A DNA stretch of 64,000 bases from Octopus vulgaris (GCA_951406725.2 OX597821.1:3782001-3846000), one strand, 5' to 3'; shown: positions 13,460 to 28,588, numbered from the stretch's first letter. Notes: a model not told the origin generated them from the letters alone. Numbers and translations are program-made.

Positions 13460-13695
13460 AATCAAAAGAAGCAACAACAGTATCCAGAAGTAATGTAGTA
13501 GGAATGTTTCATGCGACTCCATTTAATTGAACAATGCAAATCTACATCAATTGAAAATTCTATATTTTTATGCAGCTGAAGATTGCTCTACATTTTAAAT
13601 TGATGTAATGTTTGCATTGTTCAATTAAATGGAGTCGCATGAAACGATCGTACTGCATTACCTCTGTATATCCTTGTTGCTTATTTTGATTATAA
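13460..13695 (+). mobile_element. Penelope-like terminal repeat in an inverted (foldback) arrangement, containing a hammerhead-like motif at 13570-13658
   Basis: 13460-13558 is the reverse complement of ~13592-13692. Plus strand reads ATGCAG-CTGAAGA-(58 nt)-GAAA-CGATCG-TA-CTGCAT. A second copy lies at 27717-27856 (-). Confidence 0.65.
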
Positions 13696-13802
13696 TCACC
13701 TTAATTTAAATTATATGGATAATAGCATACTAAATACTGGTGCCTTCAATTTAAGTACCATATTCATCAGCATCTCTCTCTCTCTCTCTCCCTCTCTCTC
13801 TC

Positions 13803-13835
<33 letters not shown>

Positions 13836-13923
13836 GGAGAGAAAGAGAGAGAGAGAGAGAAAGAGATATAAGTGGAGTATACATGTGTGTGTGTGTGTAT
13901 GTAGTTTCAGTACCCATCCAGGC

Positions 13924-14085
13924 GATTCCCGTCTACTATGGTCCATGTTCCTTTGTGAGTGGACTTCTCAAGCCTAATAATACATATTCTGTGTACTAAG
14001 AAGATATCCACTTTAAGTTGGATATACTAATTATCCTTTGTTACCGAAGCTCCTAATGTCGTTTTACGTACATAGTTACACACAA
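13924..14085 (+). repeat. ~160-bp direct repeat, copy 2 (copy 1 at 11332-11515)
   Basis: See copy 1. Confidence 0.85.
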
Positions 14086-14139
14086 ACACACAGACACACA
14101 CACACACACACACACATATCTATATCTATATTTTTCAAC

Positions 14140-14209
<70 letters not shown>

Positions 14210-14859
14210 CTATCTAAATATATATGTGTGTGTGTGTATATATATAGAGAGAGAGACAGATAGACAGACATGTCTGTGTGTGTGTGTGTTTGTGTGCATA
14301 TATATAGTATACTGTTCCGTCATGATATGATCAACAAAAAAGTATTCCTTCTGCTGAGAGAAAATTATTATTTCATAAACAATATACATACTTTTATAAG
14401 CTAGTAATATTTTCACGTGATTTAAAACAAATCAGACAGAATTGTGTAACACATCTTGTGGCGTCATACAATTTAAGGCTGTGCCTCCTTGGCATAGCCT
14501 AAGAATATAAAACAGGACGATAGCAAGACAGAAGAAACGTGAAAAAGCAGAGAAGGGAATTTACGTGGAAGCTGGAAGATGGAAAACACCAAAAAGCGAA
14601 AAACACACAAAAAAATATAACAAAAAAGGGAGGAATAAAATAGAGTTATGTAGCATTTGACAGTAAAGTCATAAGACTGAATAGATAGTGGATAGAACCA
14701 ACGATGTTGTACGGGAAGTATTATATTCAAAATATTACGGGCATAATAATTTTTTTTTTATCTATATACTAATGACCCCGTGATAATTTCCAATTGTTTT
14801 TCGTTTCTATATTCTTCTAATATTTCAATAAAGCTTTAACAGAGTCCATGAATTAAAAA

Positions 14860-15240
14860 AGTTTTGATCTAAACATTTGTGAGTATATAAGATTAGACCA
14901 ACACATCAAGACATTCCGACTTTTAACATATGGTAGATTCAGAAATATCTCAGCATCGAATGAAATCTCAGGAAAAACTTATTATAGCTGGTATATCAAT
15001 GTAAAATATGCATCGAATTCTCATAGATTTAATTAACGTCAGGGCTGAATAATTATATGAAACATTTTATGAATGGAGAATATAATAGAATGGTCAATAA
15101 ATCAATAAATAACAAAAAGGACGACATAATACTTCAGATGGAATTTTACTAACTCACATTTTCTATTTAACAATGGTCAAATTGTATACTAATTTAAGGA
15201 ATGATAGACCCATGGCTAATTTCGTTATTTCCTGCAGAAA
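14860..15240 (+). pseudogene. Possible very old Penelope-like RT remnant
   Basis: Only a short TNSHFLFNNGQIV peptide resembles the PLE RT 'NxFxFNxxxYxQxxG' region; many stops. Confidence 0.3.
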
Positions 15241-15274
15241 ATATATTGATTAACGAAGATTAATAAAAGATACA

Positions 15275-15360
<86 letters not shown>

Positions 15361-15699
15361 ATAAAGAGGATACACGCAACATGTCCCCAATGATCTACGA
15401 TTTTAAAGTTTTCTAATTATATTCTGCAGATGAAATTAATTGAGAAATTTAGTATTTGTAAATTATATAGATTCGAAGTTAAAACAAACACAATTCAAAA
15501 TGAAATAGAGACATGCTAGTCTGTGTGTAATTTCTAAATGATATCTCATTACATTACAACTTTCTGTTACTGCTTTTCTTGTTCAGCCTTACTATAGAAG
15601 ATGCATAACACTACTGCCCATCATTATTTATCATATTTATCATGATATTTATACGAATATATATCCACGTGCGGTCAACACAACCCCACCATTTATTGA

Positions 15700-15761
<62 letters not shown>

Positions 15762-15765
<4 letters not shown>

Positions 15766-16162
15766 AGTGGGTGTGAGGTAAGTAGCTTGCTTACGAACCA
15801 CATGGTTCAAGTTTCAGTCGCACTGCGTGGCACCTTGGGCAACTGTCATCTACTATAGCCTCGGGCCGACCAAAGCCTTGTGAATGGATTTGGTAGATGG
15901 AAAGTGAAGGAAACCCGTTGTATATATGCATATATATGTGTGTGTGTGTATGTTCCGTATCTATGTTTGCCCACCCTCCAACATCGCTTGACAACCGATG
16001 CTGGTGTGTTTACGACCCCGTAACTTAGCGGTTCTGCAAAAGAGACCGATAGAATAAGTAATAGGCTTACAAAGAATAAATCCTGGGTTCGATTTGCTCG
16101 ACTGAAGGCGGTACTCCAGCATGGCCACAGTCAAATGACTGAAACAATCAAAAGAGTAAAGA

Positions 16163-16163
<1 letters not shown>
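15762..16163 (+). mobile_element. SINE family 1, full length, between (TA)n tracts
   Basis: Colinear with 12290-12747. Confidence 0.92.
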
Positions 16164-16207
<44 letters not shown>

Positions 16208-18619
16208 TGTATGTATAATACGATAAGATTTTAAGGATTTTTTAGTTGTTAGGTATAATAGCTCGAGTGATTAGGTGCAGGTCCTCACGCTGTAGATATT
16301 TGGCAGAGGAAACATATTATTCACCGTTAAGATCGTTGTCGTCATTTACCGTAAGTCATCAGCAGATTGACAGTGCTACAAGGATTGTCTTGACGATTAC
16401 ATGCGACTTCTGAAGCTGCTTGCCAATGTTGTACAACCAAATCGAAATATTTTGTATACATTGTGCACGTTTCCTGCCTCATGATGAACTACCGTCAATT
16501 ATTCCTTCAATGATAATGTTTTCCAGAATGCTGAGATATTGGTTTTTGACAATATTCAGGAGCTGTTGCCCATGACCTATTATTGAGGTACTCGCTCATT
16601 TGTCCGATAGTCTTTGTCAGGGATATGCAACATACCCTACACCCACATTTCAAACGAATTGATTGTAATCCCTTTAAGTTCGGACTCTCTGCATTGCAAC
16701 CTTACGTTTATTTAGAACAACTTCAGCGCTGAAAACAGCCTTTTAAAAAAAACATTTGGTAGCATTTTATTGTTCCATGTGTTATTAAACCCTTCCCATA
16801 GACGCTCTGGCCACTACTAGCCGTATCCTAGTTTCTTTCTTACATGTGGCTTCATCTGAGATTTGGGGTCCGAGACAATTATGTACTTCAAACTGTTAGA
16901 TGCGATGTTCAAAATAGGCCAGGGTCTTTTTTCCATTTCCTTTTTATATGAGTTAATTTCTGACCAGAAACTGTATGAGTTGAAATGATACACTAGAAAC
17001 AAATCCCTTTGAAGTAACATAGCGTAAGTGAGAGAAATACTGACTTATATCCCGATATACACTATCAGTAGCAAAATCTGGTATGCTTTTGATATAGTCT
17101 CATTTGGCCATTGCTATCATTTGATTCAACATGAACATATGGAATCAGGGTATCGTATGTATATATCCTGTTTTTTTCTAGTTTAGTATTAGATTTTTAA
17201 TTAGAAAAAATGTCATATTTTCAATTCTTAATTAATATGTTAGTAAAGAAATTGTTTGGTTAATGGCATGGAATTTACTGCATACAAAATATTTGAGACT
17301 TAAATTAAGTTAAAAAGCAGTCGACAATATTGTTGGTATCTGCCTACCTATATCTGTAAGATTGGAAATTTGTCTTCAAACGTCTCCACTTCCAAAATTT
17401 GCACTTTACACACAAAAGCATCGGTAAACTAGAGAAGCAACGATCATGCAAAATCACACGAATTCAACTACAGAAAATGAAAATATATTTTAGCAGTTTG
17501 ATCTTTTACACTAATCTTTCTCTTCCTCTTTCTCTTTCTCTCTATGTATTTAAAGCAAACGTGATAAACGTAGGTCATATTTTCTCTCGAATTTCAGGAA
17601 TCTGAAAATCTGCGATCGATTTTTATTACGTAGATGAATTTACAAAGCCCATTGATTACAGTTGTTCTATGTTGCGCTGTCAGGACTTTTCTTCAGAATC
17701 CCTTACAGACTGTGATTCATTTCATTTTTAAAATGAACGAGTTCAAGCTTATTCTGATCCAGAAATGTCGACTTTTGTCAATCTACAGTAAGGATCCATA
17801 TAGTTAATGCGATTGTGCAAGCATGAAGCAGTGGGACTTTATCTTTCAAATGTTTCTTTCATTAAGAGAATGAATCAAATGTCACAAGACCCTGATTAAC
17901 ATTCTTTTAGAACAAAACATTCACGTAATACATGTTCAGTGGTTGGGAGTAGATGGAGAAATGCTATAGAATGCTGTCAATATATGCGAAATGCCATCTA
18001 AGTTTTCTCTTTTAATACTGAAACGCGTCGGAAGAATGATCCAAGGAAGATAACTTATCGATTGTACTTTGTTGTAGTAAAGCAAACGTCTGTGGTTATT
18101 TTTTCTGCATGATTATACAAAAGCTGTATGAAGTACAGACTGAAAGAGAGTGTTCGGTGAGTTATAACATTTTCAAAAGTTGTGACTCACATTATATGTT
18201 TGCTTAAGAAAACGCTCATAAACTTGTAAATGTCACCAATCCAATTTCTTCGTATTATTCTTAATGTATTCATGAACAATAGCTTTGATACCCATGAGGT
18301 CTCCTCGCACAGATCAATTAATCACTGACTGTACTCGCACAGCTGTATGTTTCGTGAAGTTGTTGGAAATGGGGTTCTGAACGTATGTGTTCTGTGGAAG
18401 GCGACGTTTCCAGTTGCAGCTTCCAGAATTTTCACCAGCAATGGGCATCCCCTAGTACTTATTATCGACGGTTTTACCAGTCATGTGCATTGTTATCAAT
18501 AAGGTAATAGTTTGAATTATTCCTAATATTTTAAATTGTGGTTTAGTCAGTATAAAAACCTATACAATACGATTCTACTCACCTAGTAATGCTGAATGCG
18601 AAGTTCATAGGAAAACAGT

Positions 18620-18634
18620 AAGATAGATAGATAT

Positions 18635-18668
<34 letters not shown>

Positions 18669-18700
18669 GATTGATAAATTGATAGACTGATTGATAAATT

Positions 18701-18745
<45 letters not shown>
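18620..18745. repeat. (AGAT)n tetranucleotide microsatellite
   Basis: Read directly from the sequence. Confidence 0.95.
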
Positions 18746-18944
18746 TTAAATATATAGATAAACAGACAGATAGATATACAAATAGTATATGTGTATGTAC
18801 GTTTTTATGCTTGTGATTTCCCCCTATCGCAACTTGACAATCGGTGTTTGTTTACAGCTTTGTAATCTGGATTTTTGGCAAAAGGGATCAACGACAAAAA
18901 TTAGTACAGTGGGCTATTCGTTTGAAAGAATCCCTAACATAAAT

Positions 18945-19155
18945 TCTTTTCTACTCAAGGCACAAGGGCCGATATTTTGGAGGAAGGTTCCAGTCGGTTA
19001 GTTCGACCCGAGTGCGCAACTAGTACTTAATTTATCGACCACGAAAGGATGCAGAGCAAGGTCAACCCCGGCAGAATATGAACGCAGAACCTAAATACAG
19101 ACTAAATACCGCTAAGCATTTCCCCCAGCGTGGTAACATTTTTGCCAGCTCGCAA
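18945..19155 (-). mobile_element. SINE family 2
   Basis: Reverse complement of the family 2 head and core (GAGCTGGCAAAAATGTTA..GGTCGATAAATTAAGTAC). Confidence 0.8.
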
Positions 19156-19314
19156 TCTTAACCCTAACAAAAATTAAGACATCAAAAGTAATATGTGCGT
19201 CCGTGCGCGCACCTGTTTGTGTATGCTTATGTATGTATTTGTGTAAGTAATTTGTTTGTATGTATTACTCTAATGATTTGAGTTCGAAACCTCATGAAAT
19301 ATTTATTGGATAAA

Positions 19315-19530
19315 GTGGCGAGCTTCCAGAAACGTTAGCAAGCGTGGCGAAATGCTTAGCGATATTTCCTCTGCCTTTACGCTTTGAGTTCAAATTCTGC
19401 CGAGGTCGACTTTGCCTTGTATCGTTTTAGAGTCGATAAATTAAGTACCAGTTGCATACTGGGGTCTATCTAATCGACCGGCCTCCTCCCACCAAAATTT
19501 CGGGCATCTTGCCTAGATTTGAAAAGAATA
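19315..19530 (+). mobile_element. SINE family 2, divergently oriented to 18945-19155
   Basis: GGCGAGCTTCCAGAAACGTTAGCA..TGAGTTCAAATTCTGCCGAGGTCGACTTTGCC..GTCGATAAATTAAGTACCAG. Confidence 0.85.
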
Positions 19531-20701
19531 TTTATTGGATGGGAAGTCTACTTTCACCATACAAAATCTCTCCGTCACCCAGGCGCTTCCAAATTTATAT
19601 ATTATATATTAAAAAGAATAGAAATTATAGTAGCATGAAAGCTTTGATGACGTAGCTTTGTTAGATTGTGTTGCTGGCCGAGACATTCAAATCATTATCG
19701 CCCTTCTTGTAAAAGGAGAAATATATATACGATAAAAATAATTATTTATTAATTCTTCAGTTTATTGTTAAATTTAAATTATTAGTCGACAAAAGAAGAA
19801 GCAGGCATTTGCCACTAGAACAGGAAAGCATGATTGATTCGGTGGTTTATGATGCTAGAGTCCACACATTGGTCCAAGTCCGAACTAATGAATCTGAAAA
19901 GACAATGTACATTCCTATACGGGAAAATGACTTTGAAAAAAGACATGCTTTTTGGTGTTCTTTTACACATGAGAATAAGAAGAAAGCCAAGGGTTTAGTT
20001 AGCCACATCGGATATTCAACGATGCACTACACATCATCAATTTGAGAATAAAAGGACCATCCAGGCAATACTATAATGGATCTAACAGATGAAGCTGTTT
20101 TAGACAAGAGATCGTATGTCTTACTGTATCCTAAATTCTATGTCTGCAATTTTCATTAAATATTAGAATCTGGAAAAGTATGTGTTATTGAACTGGAAAT
20201 ACCACCCTCTACGGATTAAGCATGCAGCCACGCAACGTTTTACCTTTACCTGTTAAATTAATTACACCAGTCATATTATTGTCGTCTCTGTCTGGTCAAT
20301 GCACGGTACTCGTCATTCATGCATTTCATATGTTTTCATTTATCTTATCCTAACTTTCATTTTGCATTTATCATCACGTTTTTCCACTCTGTATCCTGTT
20401 TTTCTCGAATAGCATTCATGTTTTATTATAGAATTTCAGAGATTGTCTTGAAATACACGGCAGGCTATGCAAGCTTATCCGCCCATCATGTTTTGTATGA
20501 TGATATTGATACGACACAAATACGCAGGTGTCGATAGATCTAAAACATAATAGGAGAAAACAAAACTGTTTGTTTGTACCTGATTACCAGATTAGGCCTT
20601 TGTTAGTTACCTTAATTGTCTACTTCGTGTTCTTTATAATGTTATTATTCTGTATTATTTTGTCTTAGAACTCAGAAAAAGTCCACAAATTAGACATTGC
20701 A

Positions 20702-20825
<124 letters not shown>

Positions 20826-21036
20826 AGCAGTGTCGGTGCCAAGCAGGGTTTAGGCATAAGCAAACTAGGCTTTCTAGAATGTGTTTCTGATATATTTCAA
20901 TTTCTAATGGTAAATTCAATGCAGTTACAGTGAAGAAAAACATCTACCGTGTTAAAATACATACACACACACACACACACACACGCACACAAACACACTT
21001 AACACACACATATATATATATATAAGTATGTATATG

Positions 21037-21069
<33 letters not shown>

Positions 21070-21116
21070 ATATACATACACATATAGGTATCTATGTATG
21101 TATGCATGTATGTATG

Positions 21117-21173
<57 letters not shown>

Positions 21174-21174
<1 letters not shown>

Positions 21175-21665
21175 ATAAAAGATCGTGTGTAAGGCCAGAA
21201 CAATGTGAAGTAAATGCAAGACAAATTCCAGGAAAAGAAATATATGAATTAATGTAGACTTACCTTGCATTCAATATTTCGGGGTCGTGACTCCATTTTC
21301 AAGAAACTGACAAATGTTGCCGATGTGCGTGTGTTTGCACTTGTGTGGAGTGGAAAGATCTACGGAAATTTCAGGCGCAGGAATTCACAGTGCACATCAG
21401 AGCAACACCAAAAATACCCAGATATCAACAAAAGAATAGAGTTACAGGAAGCTAGCTTGTTGCTATGGCAACACCTTTCCACGCATGTTCACTCCACCCA
21501 CGCTCACACACACGCACATCGGCAATATTCGTCAGTTTCTTGAAAATGGGGTCATAACCGCGAAATAGTGATTGCAAAATAAGTTTTCATCAATTCATAC
21601 ATTTTTCTTGGGACTTGCCTTGCATTTACTTTGCATTGTTGTGGACTTACGCACGAGCCTTTATA
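21174..21665. mobile_element. MITE / foldback element with ~180-bp imperfect TIRs
   Basis: 21174-21352 is the imperfect reverse complement of ~21490-21665 (e.g. CCATTTTCAAGAAACTGAC / GTCAGTTTCTTGAAAATGG); TATA at both ends. Confidence 0.8.
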
Positions 21666-21714
21666 AAAATATTGTACACAACACTTCATAGTAATTATTA
21701 CACATACATATGTA

Positions 21715-21762
<48 letters not shown>

Positions 21763-22028
21763 AAAAGGAGATGTGGAACACGAGTTGTGATATATAAAAA
21801 GGAAATGAAGAAAATGCTGTCAAAATAATTTAAGTAATTTAAGTAATTTAATTAGGGGAAAGTTCTTTTTAGCGGTTGCGCATTTGTTATGCTTATCAAA
21901 ATATATTTTTTAAAGAGAGATTAGAGTTCCTTTTCTGATAGATGTTTTCCTCTAAGAGGAAAAAATCTAAAAGTCAATCTCTTTAAAAATGTATTTTGAT
22001 AAATTTTCTTCATTTCCTTTTCTTAATT

Positions 22029-22067
<39 letters not shown>

Positions 22068-22899
22068 CACCTACATAGACGTATCTCTTTGTCGTTTGCC
22101 ATTTTCTGTTTAATTTCTCGATAGAGAAAAGAAAACATTAATTTAACTGACCTTTGTATGTGCTGTATAGTAGCAAATGCAGCGAATCATATATATTAGT
22201 GATATAGTGATAGGTAAATTGTGTTGACGTATATGAAAATACTATTTTGATGTTTGACTAGACAAGGAAGAAGTGACTAATTTCGAGTTAAAGTGTTTTA
22301 TGATAGAATTAGTATAGGGAAATAGGATCATTTTATCAACATATGAACGTAGTAAAGTAGCATCGATTAACAGAAGCATTGGAATTTATGTCTTAGTGAT
22401 GATAGTACATGCTGAGAGAACACTGGTTAGGTATAAAAATATATTCATAAGGAACAGCCTCAACTGTCATCTTGTATGAGTTGTACAAGTAATTCTTTGT
22501 TGTTAAGAAGTATCAAGTCACAATGCAGTGTTAGATTATATTCCTTTTTCTTTGCTGTAAACGTATAGAAACATCCCGTTGGGTGGGTCAAAGCACCGTA
22601 AGTGAAATTTTGCCAAAAATAATGAAAATGAATCGAAGGAAGCATTACAGCTCTGGAGTTGTAGACCTAAACCGGAAGCCAACTTGAAACGACATTTTAC
22701 TCCTAAGCATACTTAAATGAGTCCTCACATTTGAGAGTTACCTTACAAGATCTTAAGCTTAATTATGACTTCATAAACTACCCCTTACAATATCGGGGGA
22801 CCAGATAACATTGTATCAACGTTAACTCATTAATACGGATATATAACCCTCAGCATTGTCAGAAACTTTCTGTTTGCTCACTTTTTTACCTTGTTCGTG

Positions 22900-22940
<41 letters not shown>

Positions 22941-22965
22941 TATATATATACACACACATATATAT

Positions 22966-23321
22966 ATATGTAGCTCCCGGTTTGAGTCGGGGTTAACCAC
23001 AGTAAATAAGGTACTCAATACATAGCAGAGTAAATTAATTTATTTTATAGAATCTATTAAATAATTAAATAGAATCTATAAAATAAATTAATTTACTTTG
23101 CTATGTATTGAGTACCTTATTTACTGTGGTTAACCCGACTCAACCCGGGACCTACATATCCTAGCACACCCCAGTGCCCTTATAACCATCACCAAGAAAA
23201 AATGCTGACAAGAATCGACCTCAACACTTCCTTGAAGAACATTACTATCCCACCAAGGAAACAGTACCAAAAAGCCCTTATAAGACGGACTGATGAAAAA
23301 AGAAGCTCCTTCTATAAAATA
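22966..23321 (+). mobile_element. Penelope-like terminus: ~190-bp palindrome followed by the ORF N-terminus
   Basis: Near-perfect inverted repeat at 22966-23159, then ORF 23202.. [30 protein letters not shown], resembling the 'SLKNIPIP..Y..LI' start of some PLE ORFs. Embedded in (TA)n. Confidence 0.55.
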
Positions 23322-23332
23322 AATATATATAT

Positions 23333-23385
<53 letters not shown>

Positions 23386-23418
23386 CACACACACATATAT
23401 ATATATGCTTATTATTAG

Positions 23419-23454
<36 letters not shown>

Positions 23455-23563
23455 CTAATAATAAGCAAATAATTTAGCATGTCTATATATACACACACAT
23501 ATATATGGATGTGCGTATAGAAAAACAGATATACATATATAGATAGATAGACATATAGATATA

Positions 23564-23744
23564 CATGTTGGGCCAAATTTCACGTAAAAAATAAGATTAA
23601 TATGAACCGAAACACTCAAAGACATGCTTCAATTTTTCTAAAATTGAATAAAATAATTAAGATATTGAAAAATACACACGGGCTCCTACTTGATGAAAAA
23701 ATGATTAATAATATCTAATATCAACATGCTATATATACATACAT

Positions 23745-23795
<51 letters not shown>

Positions 23796-23829
23796 TCAAA
23801 TGTTTCAGTACGTGAATTTTTGGTCCACG

Positions 23830-23832
<3 letters not shown>
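23564..23832. mobile_element. Tc1/mariner-type MITE
   Basis: TA|CATGTTGGGCCAAATTTCACGTA ... TACGTGAATTTTTGGTCCACGCTG|TA: imperfect TIRs with TA flanks. Confidence 0.65.
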
Positions 23833-23906
<74 letters not shown>

Positions 23907-24177
23907 CATGTTTGTGTATGCATTGAAATATTTAAGAGTTTTACTCGGGTAATTTTATATTAAAATCAATAGATGAAATGCTTTGAGAATCTTATCATGT
24001 AAAAAAGGAGAGAAAGATTCACTCATGCAATATGAAAAGGGAAACATATTAAATTAGATTAAAATTATTTTTCACGTTTTCTTTAAAATTCTCGGGGAAA
24101 CGGTGGTTAGCTTTCCTGTGAAGGCTGCATTGTTATTAGAACAGGTGTAACAAATTGAATAGAGGCTCTAATATAAT

Positions 24178-24574
24178 CTTTTCTACTCTAGGCATATTAG
24201 ATCGAACCCAGTACGCAAATGGAGCTTATTTTGTCGACCACTAAATGATGAAAATCAAACCAGCCTCGGCGGAATTTGAACTCAGAACATATAGACAGGC
24301 GAAATGCCGCTAAGCATTTCGCCCGGTCTGCTACCCTTTCTTATTTTTTTATTGCCCATAAGGGGCTAACTATAGAGGGGGCAAACAAGGACAAACGGCG
24401 GGATTAAGTCGATTACATCGTCTCCAGTGCGAAGCTGGTACTTAATTTATCGACCACGAAATGATGAAAGGCAAAGTCGACCCCAGCGGAATTTGAACTC
24501 AGAACGTATCGGCAGACAAAATTCCGCTAAGTATTTCGCCCAGTGTGCTAAATTTTCTGCCAGTTCGCCGCCTT
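24178..24574 (-). mobile_element. Two tandem SINE family 2 copies (24178-24335 and 24339-24574)
   Basis: Both contain the minus-strand signature GGAATTTGAACTCAGAAC..AGAC..AAAT.CCGCTAAG.ATTTCGCCC. Confidence 0.85.
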
Positions 24575-24907
24575 AGAGACACTAATATATTGTTACTTCT
24601 TGTGGAAGCATTAGTAGTGATATATTTGACCTAGCTGGCTAGATGAATATGAAAGTGTGGTCTGTAATGCTGTGCGAGGTCGTATTCTTGTGCGGAAAGT
24701 AAGTTACAGCAATAAGAGAGGTCGCAATCGTATATGCTGTATTTGTAGAACCATTGACAACACATGCAGCATCTTAAATACCTGTTGTATTATTATTAGA
24801 GGGACAAATGGGAGAAGCTGTGATGACAGTGGTCTCTTCCCCTCCGTCTGACAATCATTTATTGATGGAGACGTAAAAGCAACAGTAGTTGTAGCAGCAG
24901 CAGCAGC

Positions 24908-26345
<1,438 letters not shown>

Positions 26346-27716
26346 CTTTTCTCTCGCTCAGCGGCAGAGAATTGGTCGTTATTACGTCATTTTTTTTTTC
26401 ATTTGTGTTGCGATGGCTACCAAAATGTGATGTAAAAGATCGTAGATAGCTGAGAAATTTGTTTGTTGTAGTTCACAGCCGAAGATTGTCGTACAATTTT
26501 ATGTTTCATTGATGAGTTTTGGGGGTATTTCTCTGGTTATTTCTCATTCAAGTGTGTTGACGAATTTTGATGTCCATATTGAAAGTAGATTCTTCTGATA
26601 TCTCGTTTTTTTTTTTTTTGTGAGGTACTACTGTCTTGAGGAATGTTTATGAATTATGAGGTCATTATTTTCCTAAATTCTTTAGATTAATATTCGTCGG
26701 TTTTAAAACCTCATTTATATAACATTTTTTTCTCAACTACGCTTCAGATAAGTGTTGTCTGAGATATACGGTCGGCAGTGTTCCCACCTTTAAAGTTATT
26801 ACAATTAAATATTCCACAGCATTGGAATGTCTTCAACCCTATACTTTTAACTGAATTCTATTTGGAGTTTCTGGATTGTTGATCAATCAATTTCATTTTT
26901 TTTACCTCAGTAATCTATGATTATGGGACAAGAATTTTCATATTCATTTTGTCTAATAAATATTTCTTTGCACGTTTCGAAACATTTTCCCAGATTTACA
27001 AAATGTTTGTATGTTATTTGAGTAGTTTATTATAATCCATTGTTTATTTGGAGAGGAACAGGTGTTCAAACGAACTGGTTGATTATCGTTAGCGGATTTG
27101 CATTTATTTACTTTGGTTCATTAAGGATTTTTCATTTATAATTAAATTTGTAATTAAAACCTAATATCGGTGGCATTTTCTTTCCCGCAAATGTCATGAG
27201 ATATTTTCAACTCCAGTTTCCAGCATACACGCGCACTCACACACAAACACATTCAGATAAACACACACATTCGCGTACATAAATACACATACGCATACAC
27301 ACACATACATACACATATCCCCCTCCACACACACAAACATAGACGTATGTTATAGAAGTATTATTAATACCAAATAGCGATTTTATATCCTATTTAAAGT
27401 GGATATATTATATGAACGAGTATACACTGCGGTATTCTCCTAAAGGGATACTCCCATAGAGACGTAGCACTGATTCGGAGACGAACTAAATTTTTGGTAG
27501 GGTGGGAACGGTTCTAAAATTTACAGAATTCATTTGAAAAAGAATTTCGCCGCTGTCTTCTTTGATGCAAACAATTGTAGCATGTCGCTGGTCGAGCGTA
27601 GCCTGACAGAAACAGTTCCTTCTGGAAGGATGGTTAGATTCACTAAATTCGATCGTGGAATATATATAGAGAGAGATAGAAATCGATATAAAAATATAAC
27701 AATATATATATATATA

Positions 27717-27856
27717 TCAAAATAAGCAACAAGGATATCCAGAGGTAATGCAGTACGATCGTTTCATGCGACTCCATTTAATTGAACAATGCAATCATTT
27801 CATTATATCAATTTAAAATGTAGACTAATCTTCAGCTACACAAAGACATAGAATTT
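27717..27856 (-). mobile_element. Second copy of the hammerhead-bearing Penelope-like terminal repeat
   Basis: Reverse complement reads GTGTAG-CTGAAGA-...-GGAGTCGCAT-GAAA-CGATCG-TA-CTGCAT-TACCTCTGGATATCCTTGTTGCTTATTTTGAT; matches 13556-13692 and abuts (TA)n. Confidence 0.7.
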
Positions 27857-28540
27857 AATTAAATTAGAATGATACATTAGTATAATTTTACCCAAAATCT
27901 CCAAGAGGATAAGGAGATAGAGAAAGAACAAGTTTTACCAACACCATCACAAAGATTTATATATATATACATATATATATATATGTTGTTATTATATCAA
28001 CATATATGTGTGCATGTGTGTGTGTGTCTCTGAATGTATACGTCTAAATGTCAACAGCGAGATAGATAAAAATATAGTTATATCAACACACCCATACATA
28101 TATATCTACGTATTTATGTATGTATGTATGTATGTATAAATGTATATGGGGAGTGTATTACTCATCAAATATTTTCGATAACTACGACAGAGTCATTACT
28201 TAGAATAGTTAGAGAATGTGGAGATTTGTAACACATCAGGTTAGCATAAATTCTACTAATATTTTGTAAGGAGAAGAACAGATTCACGTCTGCCTCGGGT
28301 AAAAATGTAATGTGTATCAATATAAATTATTGTAATATAAAAGAAGTAATATAGATTTTCAATGGAAACTTCCAAACAGTTCATATACTTGCAATCATGA
28401 CTGTAATGTTAATTCTATAATATGTAGCATATTTTTTTCGTAATTTTTTTCTGCCATACATTTTAATATGCATGATAAATATACACACATTCATACAAAA
28501 TGCATACATATATCTCCACACAAACACAAGCATTGAAACG

Positions 28541-28588
<48 letters not shown>

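Noticed and set aside
11332-14085. LTR retrotransposon bounded by the direct repeats
   Set aside because: No TG..CA termini, PBS, PPT or gag/pol remnants.
18420-18505. pogo/DDE_1 transposase remnant (HPLVLIIDGFTSH)
   Set aside because: A single short motif with no supporting neighbouring motifs or TIRs.
26350-27200. Decayed RLE-LINE C-terminus on the minus strand next to the array
   Set aside because: Only faint peptide hints (KFVN); needs a translated HMM search.
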